Shown in pieces: positions 14,101 to 26,495 of a stretch of 35,413 nucleotides of DNA. The notes under the pieces are model-generated. The model made no database searches and was not told the DNA's origin. It worked only from the letters and a program-made list of their open reading frames with translations. A program made the position numbers and the translations under genes. Within the stretch, counting starts at the first letter, position 1, and the number at the start of each line of letters is the position of its first letter. This stretch comes from Intoshia linei (Eukaryota; Animalia; Orthonectida): the NCBI GenBank assembly GCA_001642005.1, contig LWCA01000266.1, forward strand, positions 1 through 35,413, given 5' to 3'.

Positions 14101-16908
14101 AACGAATTCATCCCGCGGTACCCCTAGAATTACGACTTTACCCATTGTCAATAATTAAGAATTGCAGCTTTAGTATTTTACTGATTTTATCATTACCGTA
14201 TCTGACATCTACAATGTAAATTATACACGTATCGAATAACATTTACAAAAACTAATGATAAGTGGCTATAATTGTAACATTACTACATGTATTTTATCAA
14301 TGATTCAAAAAGAAATTAAAAGTTTTGGTTGGTAAAATGATCAATAGCCATTAGCCATCTAGCTCAGTGTTTCCTAAACTTTTTTGTTTAAAGCACCCAA
14401 ATTTTTTATTACCTCCCTTTCCGAGACGAGTCTATCGTATCCGACGGACATGTTCTGAACTTTAACGAAATTTGACATTTCGTATTTCCAACAGTGTCAC
14501 AAGCCAATCAATATAAAAAATTTATGGATAAATCACATTTAAGATATAAAAACATTTAGCAAATTTACTTTATACCAAAAGTAGGAACCTACATAATGTA
14601 ATGTAAACGTGCTAGGTTCAAAAACTAGAAATGAAAATTATGTTATATTTACTCACAAGTGATTTGATCTAAAGCTTACAAAATTAACAATATTGTTACA
14701 ATTTAATTTTCTTGAACAGTTTTATTCAATGTTGAATAATTTCCCCATTTACTCGAATTTCGATTCAATACTCGAAATTTATAATTATATTAGCTTGATT
14801 GTTATGTACTTAAACCAAGCAGAATTTAAATTTGATCTAACATAATAATACTTTGAGATAAAATTAACTAATATAGTATATTGAATAAAAGCGTACATAA
14901 TACATAATAGCCAGGGATAATTCTCCCATTTTATTATAAATAACAGATATTCATTATATAAATAAAAATTTTCCTAAAAAAATAATGTTTGCATAAAGTT
15001 TTTTTGGATAAGAAACTATAATAAACATGACATGAATTCAAATTTCCAATTTACCCACAAGAAAACTGAAATAAATTAACTTTTACCCATAAAAATAAAA
15101 TTAAACTTTAACAATATTTAGTTATCTACTTAAATTAAGTCAAGTACAAAAAATAGACTTTATGTAGTAGAAATTTAATTTTATTAACTAAAAAATGTTT
15201 GTTTGACATAAATGTTTCTCGGGGTACATGCATAATTTATAAGAAAATAATTTTATCTTTTATTTATTTTTAAAGAAAAAAATAAAAAGTTTGAAAAATT
15301 GTAATAACTATAAATAATATAAATATTTTTTAAAGAGATTTTGATTGAACAATAATATTTTCACGATTATGTTAAATTTAACATTTTCACTTTCACAATG
15401 TAAAAAAAATTAAAATAAAAATTTGTTAAAAAATATCAATAGCAATGTTTTACTTTTATATTAGATTGATTAAATATTTGATTATCCTTATCACACAGTA
15501 AAGGCATTATTTTAAAATATAAAGTTTACTAGTTTTTCATTCATAAATACAGTTTCATTCATAAACATTCTACAAATTGTATCATTGCTATTCGTAATAT
15601 TCAAAATTTTATTGGTTTCTAATCAAATAAGGTATTTATTATTAGGTAAATGACCTATCATTATTTACGATTTTATCAATTGGTAATAGTTTCTTTAAAT
15701 TTGTTTAAATAACGTTACATTTTGCATAAATATTATTGCATTTCCAATATTTAAATTTCCAAATTTTAATAAATGTATAAATTACCTGTTCAAATTTAAT
15801 ATTTCTATTTATTTATACATTATGTATTTGTAATTAATTAACATAACATTGAAAAATAAAATAGGGACATTTTTTTTGTTAATTTTAAAATTTGAAGGTT
15901 ATAATTATTTTAGAAATACTCTATTATACTTTATTAGAGTATTTTATATTTCCCAAATGATTTCCAAAGAAAATTTTTGATAAAGCAAAATATTATTTTT
16001 TTATGTACTTTTTTCAACCTTGATCAATTTTTACATTACTTTTTTATAAAGTTGTATTTTGTACCATTTTACAGATAAAAAAAACACATGAAACCATATT
16101 AATAATATTTAATAATATTTTTGAGAAAAAAATATGAGATTCATTAAATCAAAATACTTGTTTGATACAGGGTATGAGATAACTTGACCACTCATTAACA
16201 TATCTTGCATCAGAGTCGAACCTACAATACTCAAGCTCCCGAAAATAAAGAATAAGCCCATAGCTACCTATTTTTTAGTCTGGAATATATAGTTTGAATT
16301 TGACGCTAATGTGTCGTAGATTTCTGTCTGAGTAAAATAATTATAATTAATATTTATTAATTCATGAGTGTGTTCAATTTACCCTATTTTGAATTAAATT
16401 TGAATATAAGAAACTAAATATTTTGAAAACTGGGTTTGTTTTTTTTATCAAATCTACTCTTTAATGCATCAATTAATCAAATTTTAAATGACCTTGAAAT
16501 ATAACTCAAATATTGTAATTTGTATAGAATTAATATAAATATATTTGGCTACTATCAGTTTTATCCAATAAAATTAACTGTTATGTTAAATATTTACAGT
16601 GTCAATTTTATCAACTGGGCAAATAGCATAAATAATTCAAATTTATTTGTAAAAATCTTAGTATTTTAAATAATGTAATTTTATTATTTCTTATCTAAAT
16701 CAGTGTTTCCAAACTAATAAATGCGTCGTGTAAGCAGTACCGATATGTTGAGAAAAAAATGGCAATTTAAAAAAATTATTAAAGTTTTATAATTTAGTTT
16801 TTTGATGAAGGGCTTACAACAATAATTGTGATGAATAATTATCAGGATAATTTTATAAGTGAATAAGTGAAAGGTTTTATTAACGTAATTGTCTCTATTC
16901 AAATCATT

Positions 16909-17959
16909 AAAATTTTGATATAAAGATTTTAAACTCCATAATAAATTTTGATACGAAGATTTCAAACTCCAAATTAAATTTTGATGCGAAGTTTTTTTAA
17001 ACTCCAATAGTTTACTGACATCACTCGGTCCCTTCAAATAGCTTTTAAGACTTTTCGGTCTCTACTTTAAATTTAAGCACAAATTTTGATACGAAGATTT
17101 CAAACTCCAAATTAAATTTTGATGCGAAGTTTTTTAAACTCCAATAGTTTATTGACATTTTCGGTCCCTTCAGGTAGTTTTTAAGACTTTTCGGTCTTAT
17201 CAGGTAGTTTTTTAAGACTTTTCGGTCTCTACTCCAAATTAAATTTTGATGCGAAGTTTTTAAACCTCCAATAGTTTACTGACATTTTCGGTCCCTTCAG
17301 GTAGTTTTTAAGACTTTTCGGTCTCATCAGGTAGTTTTTTAAGACTTTTCGGTCTCATCAAGTAGTTTTTTAAGACTTTTCGGTCTCATCAGGTAGTTTT
17401 TTAAGACTTTTCGGTCTCTACTCCAAATTAAATTTTGATGCGAAGTTTTTTAAACTCCAATAGTTTATTGACATTTTTGGTCTTTTCAAGTAGTTTTTAA
17501 GAGTTTTCGGTCTCTACTCCAAATTAAATTTTGATGCGAAGTTTTTTAACCTCCAATAGTTTACTGACATTTTCGGTCCCTTCAGGTAGTTTTTAAGACT
17601 TTTCGGTCTCATCAGGTAGTTTTTTAAGACTTTTCGGTCTCTACTCCAAATTAAATTTTGATGCAAAGTTTTTTAAACTCCAATAGTTTACTGACATTTT
17701 CGGTCCCTTCAGGTAGTTTTTTAAGACTTTTCGGTCTCATCAGGTAGTTTTTTGAGACTTTTCGGTCTCTACTCCAAATTAAATTTTGAAGCGAAGTTTT
17801 TTAAACTCCAATAGTTTACTGACATTTTCGGTCCCTTCAGGTAGTTTTTAAGACTTTTCGGTCTCATCAGGTAGTTTTTTAAGACTTTTCGGTCTCTACT
17901 CCAAATTAAATTTTGATGCGAAGTTTTTTAAACTCCAATAGTTTACTGACATTTTCGGT
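16909..17959. repeat. modular higher-order minisatellite built from ~30-bp subunits
   Basis: Anchor CCAAATTAAATTTTGA at 16969, 17107, 17234, 17423, 17519, 17646, 17774, 17901 (spacings 138, 127, 189, 96, 127, 128, 127). A lone hAT-like left TIR CAGTGTTTCCAAAC lies at 16701. Confidence 0.95.
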
Positions 17960-18638
17960 AATTGTTTGAATTGTATTACACGATGAATTATATTTGGTTT
18001 AAAAATATTTGAGAAAATGTAAAAACTTTTTTATAAAAATAGTTACATTTTAAACTTAAAGCTATCATTTTTTGACTATATTTACATTTACATTTAAATA
18101 TACTTATAAAATATATTAATTTAATTATATGGTCTGCTGATCTTACATATCGATTCCATCCGGGACGAAGAAAACGGTTAATGACCTCTTCTCTATAATT
18201 TAAAAGTTTGGTAAATTCTAAATTCAACTTTAATAATTAGTAGGGTTAGATTAAATCTTAATACACTCAAAGGAATATAAAATTTACCATTGTGAAAAAA
18301 TATTAGTTATTATCAGTGTTGGTCAGTAAATACTTAAAAATATCAATTTCATCTATTTTTACCATGTTGATTCTAAATTTTGATTTTTTAATTGGTTATC
18401 AAGTTAATCTTACATGCTTGGAATCCTATTTTTGTATTACTTATTTCACGGTATCAATTACTATACAACATATCTTTTCAAGCTAAGTCTCGACCATTTC
18501 AGTTGGGATGTCTCAGTTACTTAAAAACAAATATTTACGACTTTAAAAAATTTAAATCAAACATGATCGTTATTTTTTAATGATGATTTAATTTTTGAAG
18601 AAATTTTCAAATTATCGTTTAAAATGCAGTCACTGCAG

Positions 18639-18925
18639 CAGAGCCGAACCTACCGTCAACAAAAATTTTGTAAAATGGTGGCCTCATTTTTCCAAATTGA
18701 GCATTAAAAAATTATATTCTTGAATATAAAAACTATTTTGTGTGTTAAATTTTAAATATCAAGTCAAGAGCATTAGAGAGGTCGTTAGTATAATATGACA
18801 CTATGCATAGTTTATGAAAAAAAAATTTCATTAAAAAAAATTAAACTAAAAAAATTTTAGGACCTATTTTTCATTTTGTCTGTATTTTCGTTTTGGTGGC
18901 CTTGAGCTGGGTAGGTTCAGCTCTG
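18639..18925. mobile_element. hAT-like MITE, family CAGAGCCGAACCTAC
   Basis: TIRs CAGAGCCGAACCTACC / GGTAGGTTCAGCTCTG. An inverted relative lies at 23049-23319 and a fragment at 16211. Confidence 0.8.
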
Positions 18926-20188
18926 CAATACAATGTTTATCATAATAGCATTTTTCTAGACAAAACCTCTTATCACGTGAAAAATCATATTGTATCAGCC
19001 TGAATCAATTTTTAAATCTTTTCTAAATTGAATAAGATATATTGGTACAAAAATAAATATAAATTATGAGTAAGTCTTAAAATTTAGGAAAGTATCAATA
19101 GTGAACCCTAAATTTTTTATTTTTAATTTTTATCTATAATTTAATGAAAACAGAAATCGTAACATTAATACAACTTAAATATTGGTACTGTGGTGAATTA
19201 ATTTATATAATGGGTGGTGGAACCATAATTAGGTTTATAATTTGAATAATTTGAGTAATTTAAAAAATAAAACAATGAAATGTAAACGCTTATAATTATA
19301 TATTTCGTATTTGATATACAATCGTCAATATTGTATATTCATACTCTCAATTGCACTTCAAAAATGAAATATGAATAACAAAATGTGTAGGTTTTGCCGA
19401 TCTTGTTATCTGACCCACTATGCACTGTTAACTTATTCTTGTGAAACTTGTGTATACTGTATACATAATGAATATGTACATTCAAATTATTTTTAATTTT
19501 ATTCTGATTATCAGAGCAACATTTATTTTATCAAACTAATTTTTTCAGTTTATTCTTATTTATACAATTATTGTGATAAATTATAAACCAATATCAATAT
19601 CATAAATAATCAGTAAGTAATCGAGTCAACATGATAAAATGTAATAATTATAAATCATGAAAATATGATTTATTGTACATCAGGTTTTTCTAGCGCTGTA
19701 CCCGCGAACGACCAAGATTTTTTGGCACCGAAAACATTTTTCTATCGTATAAAAAAATAGATAATTAATTTACTGAAGGGTTAGATACGTGTATCTCAAT
19801 CTTACTGTTCATCAAATTATAATCGAAACTAAAACTTATTTCTAATTGTAGTATTTCAAAAATTGTTATATATTATAACTATTATAAATAACCTTGAAGC
19901 ATTTATTCTTATATACATTATAATTTTTCTAAATTAACCTCCCATTTTTTCAAAATATATAACCTTTGTTTACAAATTGTGTTTGATTACTTTTTATTCT
20001 TATTTAAAAATTCGAAACGTGTCATAATTCTCTGTAAACTTATTACACATATATTTGTGTTTAGTTTATTTTAACCTAAGTTATGACCTGAATAGTTAAC
20101 TGAATAACGAAGAAAAATAAATAAAATGAAGATGCATAAATAAAGATAACACGTGTAAAATTCTCGATTTGAATATAATGATATAGAA

Positions 20189-20490
20189 CAGGGGTGTCAG
20201 ACTCAATTTGCTTAACGGGTCAAATGTGACCAAAAGAATATTACGCAAGTACAAAAAAATATCTTTTCTCAAATCATTATTAAACTAACAGTTTTAATTA
20301 ATTAATAAAATAAAATTAGAAACAATAATGGAATAAGTGCATAACTAATGCTAAAATTGTAATCAGAAATAAATAAATCATGAAAATATGTAAAAAAAGA
20401 AATATGGGTAAAAACTTTTGTTATAACGCGGGTCGCGTATTCCATAATTGGGTCCGTAAATGGTCCGCGGGCCGCATAATTGATATCCTA
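20189..20490. mobile_element. hAT (Buster/Charlie-like) MITE
   Basis: Left TIR CAGGGGTGTCA follows ATATAGAA. GC-rich subterminal GGTCCGCGGGCCGCA and an eroded right TIR TTGATATCCTA are followed by a TSD-like ATATATTATAGAA. Confidence 0.7.
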
Positions 20491-21809
20491 ATATATTATA
20501 GAAGTATTAAATTCTTGCTGGTTTTAACAAAGAAAAGAACCTTCTAATAAAGATACAGTTTTCTTGATAAAACTCTACATTCTTGGGATTTCGAAAGATT
20601 TTGAAAAAATTGACTAGGTACATAATAGGAAAAACAGAAAATTTATAAATTAAAACAATTTTTTCTTTTAAAAATTAATTTCTTTATCTTGTGTATTGAT
20701 TTTGTAAAAAAGTACATACAATCAGATAGTACATGTATTATCTATAATGTTTACCAATGTTATGACTCGAAATTATTTTTTCATAGATTATTCCGAATAA
20801 ATTTAAAATAACCATATAAACCACGCGTAATATTACATACTGTATTAATTTTTATCAAAAAATTTTTTCACACCTTACTCCATATCTGTTAAAATATTAA
20901 AATTTTTCAAAAAATTCAAGACGAGGTTCGGAATAAGCCAATTTAGGGAAAAACTGTACATCTCAAATTTATCAATATTTAAATTTTTGTTACAATTTTA
21001 ATGTATTAATTTGAGTATTTGAGAATTTGAAAATTTGAGAATCAGGTGAAAATGAATTAATAAATTTAATAATATTAAATTTTTTAATACAGAAATGTAT
21101 ATAATTTGAACCATGTTCAATAATTATAATAATTATTATAATAAACATGAATGCTTAAATTTTGATACATTTTGTATTTGATAAAACATGAAATGATACA
21201 ATTTATTCAAAGTACAAGTAGTTTTAATGTCAATAAAAGTAATTTATAGTGGTCCAAAACATTAAATAATGAGTTCAAATACACTACATTGTACGTTTAT
21301 TAAAAAAATTTGTTGTGCGATGTTGTCAAACTAGATTAGCAACATGTATTAATATTGGTTATTTAAAATTGAATATGTTTAGTAACCTCACCTTAAAAGT
21401 GACATTTGGAACATTATAAAATGTGCCACAACTTTGATCCAAATTTAAAAATTTATTTAAAATACTTAAAATATTTTTGTCCAACTATATTGAATTTCTT
21501 ACGTAATAAGTATAAATAACGAAATTAAAAAGAAAAAAGTTTAGATCAATTAATAAAACTAAAATGTATTTTATTTTAAATATTTTAAACTTAATGTAAC
21601 AATATTATCATTTATGAAATTACAATGTGCCAATTTTTTAACTATAAAACCATGTAATTCTAAAATTGTGTAACCCAAAAACATTAAACTTTATAAAATT
21701 AATTTTTATAAATGGGTCAATGTGGCAATTGTATACATAGTCTAAATTGTAAATAACCAGATGTAAAATTAAAACTTTTTATTGAAAATTTAATTTAGTT
21801 TACTCAAAA

Positions 21810-24800
21810 ATGGACAAAATAAATGAAAATTCTCAACAAAATTTAAATTTAATTAAAAGTGATATTAGAGTCAACTTTAAAAGTTTTAAAAACTCAACTA
21901 GACCAAATGAATCCACAGATAAATATCATTCAAAACAAAACGTACTTGGTAATACAAATATAGACAGCTGTTTGCGTGTCATTTCAAAAAATAAATGTAA
22001 TGTTATCATTTCTGACCCTTTTAATAATATCGTGTCTGAAACGTTTAATGAACAGACAAATGGATTAAGAAAGAAAAATGTCAGTATTATTAATAAAATG
22101 GATTATTTAAAAGATGGTACATCACAAAATAATTTAAATCACCTAAACATTGATTCTCATAATATTAAAAATGAAACTCTACAGAAAAAAACTTTGAGAG
22201 ATTTTAGTGGCATGTTTAATGCTCTACCATCTAATCGTCCGTCCTCGTCTATACAACTTTGTTGTAGTCAAGATTATACTTTAAAAAATTATACATTATC
22301 TTACCCTAAAAATTCTACAACAAAAACTAAATTTGTCAAATCTCTTTCTGAAAATGATTTAAACTTTTTAATCAAATGTGATATAAACCAATCTGTGAAT
22401 TCTGGTAAATATTTTTCATTATTTACATTTCTTTAAAAAAATTTTTATTTTCATTTTAGATAAATCCATCCATTCTACTCAAGCCGTGTTCAAAAAGTTG
22501 GATTTACAAGAAAAAAATACTAAAAAACTCAATATCAATTTAATAGGTGATAAAGGTAGATTTTATATATTTTAAAATTAAAATTGACAAATTGAATAAC
22601 TATATAATTCAAGTTTATATTCATGATTAGTGTGTCTTATTTTTAATCATATAATTAAAAAGTTTTTATTAATATTTTTGCAGACCTCAAGTAGACTTAG
22701 TTTATCAAGAATGAAACAGGTGTTAAATAATGAATGTTAAAATCATTTTATTTTAATTTCATTCATCAATAAAGCCCAACTGGGGTCAAATATTCAAAAG
22801 TGATACACAAAATAACCTGACGGTAATAATTTTCAAAGGTCATGATACATGAATCATGATATATGACAAATCAATAAGTTATTGGAGCAATGCAAATTTA
22901 TAGATGTTGCATATTTTAGTCTTGTACACTGTATTTTTTATTTTCTCTAGAGTAGTTTGCAAAAATATTCATCATCTCAGCCGGTACATTTTGAGGAAAA
23001 TTGTCATGAGTTGATTTTCTTGTTGACATCTGCCGTATTTTTGAGACACAGAGCGGAACCTACCAAGCTGGATGCCACCGTAAAATGAAAAATAGACCCC
23101 TAATTTTTGTTAAAACGATGTGTAATATAAATGTGTGAAGTAACCCTAGCAACACATATAAGGTTCTTGACTTGACGTTTTTAATTTACACAAAAAATAG
23201 TTGGTAGAATAGTTCAAGAATATATTTTTTTCATACACAATTTGAAAAACTAAAGCCTCAATTTATAAAAATTTTTTTGGGCTCCCGAAGAAGATCTCAG
23301 TATTGTAGGTTCGGCTTTGTTGGGGTTAATGTACTTTTGCAGAGGTGGGGAAGCATTTACTGTTCGAAAGTAGCACTAACGTCTCAAGAAATATTTATAA
23401 GGCCGCACCTTTCTAAATAAAATTTAACCAAATACAGCAGTGCTTCTCATGTGATGGCTGGTCACCCTAACGAGTGAATACGAAAATTTTAGATAATTGG
23501 GGGTGAATGATAAGCTTTTACCATATTTTATTCAATTTAGTAAAATCTCATGAGAAAAAATCCTTTTCCTCTTTTAATCTTTTTACCAATATTTTTTTGA
23601 AAAATCCCATTTTACCAAACTTTTAGATCAAAAATCTCTCTATCTAATCCCATAAGAAAAAACCTAATTTTACCAAAACTTAAGGAAAACAGCCACTTTT
23701 ACCAATATTTTTCTGAAAAATCCCATTTTACCAAAAATTAATATTTTAAAAATAGTAAAAAATAAATAAATAATTTTAAATGGAAAATACTTCAGATCGT
23801 TCAAAAGGCCGCACTATCCCCACCTTTGAATTTTGGATCAAAATCAACTAATTTGAATTTACCTATTTATCTTAAACAAATTATGTTAAATTTACAACGT
23901 TTTCTAGTTTTAAAATTTAAAAATTTCCAATCATTCCAAAATTAGCAATACAATACATGCAAAAATATAAAAAATATGCATAAATTAATTAACATGTAAA
24001 ATAAAATTGAAAATAAACTTTTTTGCATTTAATTTCCTTTGATGTTAAATTAAATTATGGTCAAGCGATATTGTAAATAAAAAAACGTAAAATGTATGTC
24101 ACGATAATTTATTTATATGATAATTTATATTATTTAGAAGTTTTGCATTGTCCACTGTGTAATGCAAAGAATTTTACTCGAAATACAATGATTGAACACT
24201 TGGGAAATTGCCACAAATTTGATTTTTATGAGCCACAATTCAAATCATTTAAAAGTGGAGTAAAATCAACAAAATCAAAAATGAGCAAATTAGAAAAACT
24301 GTATATAATAAAATCGGATAAACTAACTTGTAGTGATATTAATGAAGATGAAATCCTTTCAAATACGTATATAAATTGTGAAAATGAAAATGAAGGTTTA
24401 TCTAAAAATAAAACACGAAAAAGAAAATTACAAAAAACTGAAATTTTTCGAAATTGTTTCAATAATGGAAACAATATAAATTGTTCTAGTATTTTAAAAA
24501 GTATGGCAGATGCAAGTAAAACAATTGCTGATTGTGAAAAACGTAAAAACCCAAATTGTGATAATTTGTTTTACGGGAAAAATTTAATTAAAAATTCCAA
24601 TAAAAAACTACAAAATGAAACTAGTTCATGTATGATTTCGCAACTTCAAGGTAATGTGGTAAATCAAAAAAAATCTCAATTTACTGAAAATTTAAATTAC
24701 AATTCTTTGGTTCAAGAAGAACCTACCGATTTATCAAACAGAATTAAAAAAAATAAAACTATAGAATCTGATATCAAACTCCATCAAGCAAATGATTTAC

Positions 24801-25792
24801 AAAATAAACAGTATTTATCAAATTCAGCATTTCAAAATCCTTATTCGAATCAAAATGATGCAAATTTAATGTCAATGATAAATAATTATCAGGAATTTTT
24901 TGCACATCAAAATTATAATTTTCCATTGAATGTTCAAAATCAAACATTAAAAAATTCAAATTTAAAATTATTGCAGAATTCTCAAATGCAAACCAATAAG
25001 AATGAATTAAACCTTGTACAAATGTCACAGAATCCAGTGAATTATTCTAAATTTGTTCAAGGCTTTTTATCCAATAATTCTAGAAACGTTTCGACACCTA
25101 AAAACTCATCTATTGATAATATTAATTATTTAAATATGCACAATAATCTACAAATGAATGATAAGGAACAATTTAATAGTGCATTAAGCTCAGCATACCC
25201 TTATAAATATACTCCAATATTGCCTGCCCCAAATGATGCAGATGATAAAAATAAAAAAAATAAACGTGGTAATGGTACTCGTCGTGAAACTGGCAAAAGG
25301 AGGGACACTTGTGATTATTGTGGAAAGTATTTCAAAAATTGCAGTAATTTAACTGTACACAGGCGTTCGCATACTGGGGAAAAACCTTACAAATGCAAAG
25401 TTTGCACATATGCCTGCGCTCAATCTAGTAAACTTACTAGACACATGAAAACTCATGGTAAAAACGAGAGTGATGTCGTCTATACGTGTAAAAATTGTAA
25501 TGTCCCATATTTAGTGGCCAGCACTCTTGAAAAGCACACTCGAAAATGCAATGCAAACAAAATTAAAGATGTTAATGCTCAAAATGTTTCTTCGCCAAAT
25601 TTATTGTCGATGAATTCCATTATACTAAATGACGAATATACTAAAAAATTGAAGAATTTAAATAAAGAAAACACATTTCGACCAAATGGAACTACACTGT
25701 CCAAGCAAATACTCAACATTTCTCAAATTAAAACTGAAAATGTACCCATGGATTTGACAGAACCGATTCATAAAGTTCAAAAAAAGATTTAA
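21810..25792 (+). CDS. BCL11: BCL11-family C2H2 zinc-finger transcription factor; exons 21810-22404, 22460-22555, 24138-25792 (~781 aa; 5' end uncertain)
   Basis: [76 protein letters not shown] closely matches the C-terminal finger triplet of BCL11A/B. An isolated finger CPLC..HLGNCH sits at the start of exon 3. Two GT-AG phase-1 introns (22405-22459, 22556-24137) join the ORF-track ORFs 21810 and 24092 through an open 96-nt exon; the total of 2346 nt is in frame. Confidence 0.9.
23049..23319. mobile_element. hAT-like MITE in BCL11 intron 2 (family of 18639-18925)
   Basis: TIRs CAGAGCGGAACCTAC / GTAGGTTCGGCTTTG; the interior resembles the reverse complement of 18639-18925. Confidence 0.75.
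23340..23828. mobile_element. hAT-like MITE in BCL11 intron 2
   Basis: TIRs CAGAGGTGGGGA / TCCCCACCTTTG; internal CCCATTTTACCAA-type repeats. Confidence 0.7.
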
Positions 25793-26121
25793 TGTATTAA
25801 ATTTCTCTAAATTCTTATACAGAACTCATTCCTTTAAAGTACATTCCTTGTTTCAGTTATTGAATTTTTTTCAAATTTGTATTATTTACAAGTATTAAAC
25901 TATATAATAAATCTTGTTTACTCCGATTTAAAGGTTTAGTATAGTATAGATGGTTTAGGAAAATGGGTGAGGGTCAAAAAAGATCATTTCAAATTTTAAT
26001 GGGATGCTAATTGCAATTACGAAAATAAAAATCAATTTTCAATTTGGAAAAATCTGACAAATGATTGAAAATATACAGTTGTTTCGATGGAATGTCCCAT
26101 ATTTTTTCTGGGATTTAAGCG

Positions 26122-26472
26122 TTTCATGACAATTTTTAGGATTTTACTGTATTTTATTATTAAAATTACACACTCATTCTCACTAATAAATTAAAGATAT
26201 CTGATTACAAAATTGTTTTTAAAATTCTGTACACAAATGTTAACAAAATACAATTAAGGTGGAATAATTCATTTCAAATTATAAGGTAATGTGATATTAC
26301 GGGTCCACGTGAAACGAGTTTGGGAACCACTCCTTTAAATGATTGATAATAGTGAATAGTAGTATTTTTAAGTTAGATTTTCTGAATGAATTTATTTTTT
26401 TGGTAGAATAAAAATGTTCGCCCTCGGCAGAGCTAGGTACTGTTTGTAGATACTACACAACAGTCAACCTAG
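26122..26472 (+). repeat. direct repeat copy 1 (~350 bp)
   Basis: Colinear with 27908-28230: shares AATTTTTAGGATT, CGGGTCCACGTGAAAC, CACTCCTTTAAA, GATTGATAATAGTGAATAGTAG, GTTCGCCCTCGG and AACAGTCAA.CTAG. Confidence 0.85.
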
Positions 26473-26495
26473 TACATCATAAATGTATCAAAGTA

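Noticed and set aside
16714-17037. 107-aa ORF with repeated peptide
   Set aside because: It is a chance reading of the minisatellite edge.
16909-17959. CRISPR array
   Set aside because: There are no unique spacers, all ~30-bp units are repeat variants, no cas genes are present and the context is eukaryotic.
5662-19715. solitary TIR-like starts at 5662, 14365, 16701 and 19681
   Set aside because: No matching partner TIR or TSD was found, so element boundaries cannot be given.
24092-24137. ATG 24092 as the BCL11 start
   Set aside because: This stretch is the intron 3' end (TTTAG at 24133-24137), phase-matched to the upstream exons.
24226-25028. two minus-strand ORFs
   Set aside because: They are antisense shadows of BCL11 exon 3. 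Likewise 26833 and 27086 shadow the Tigger remnant and 34592 shadows Merlin.
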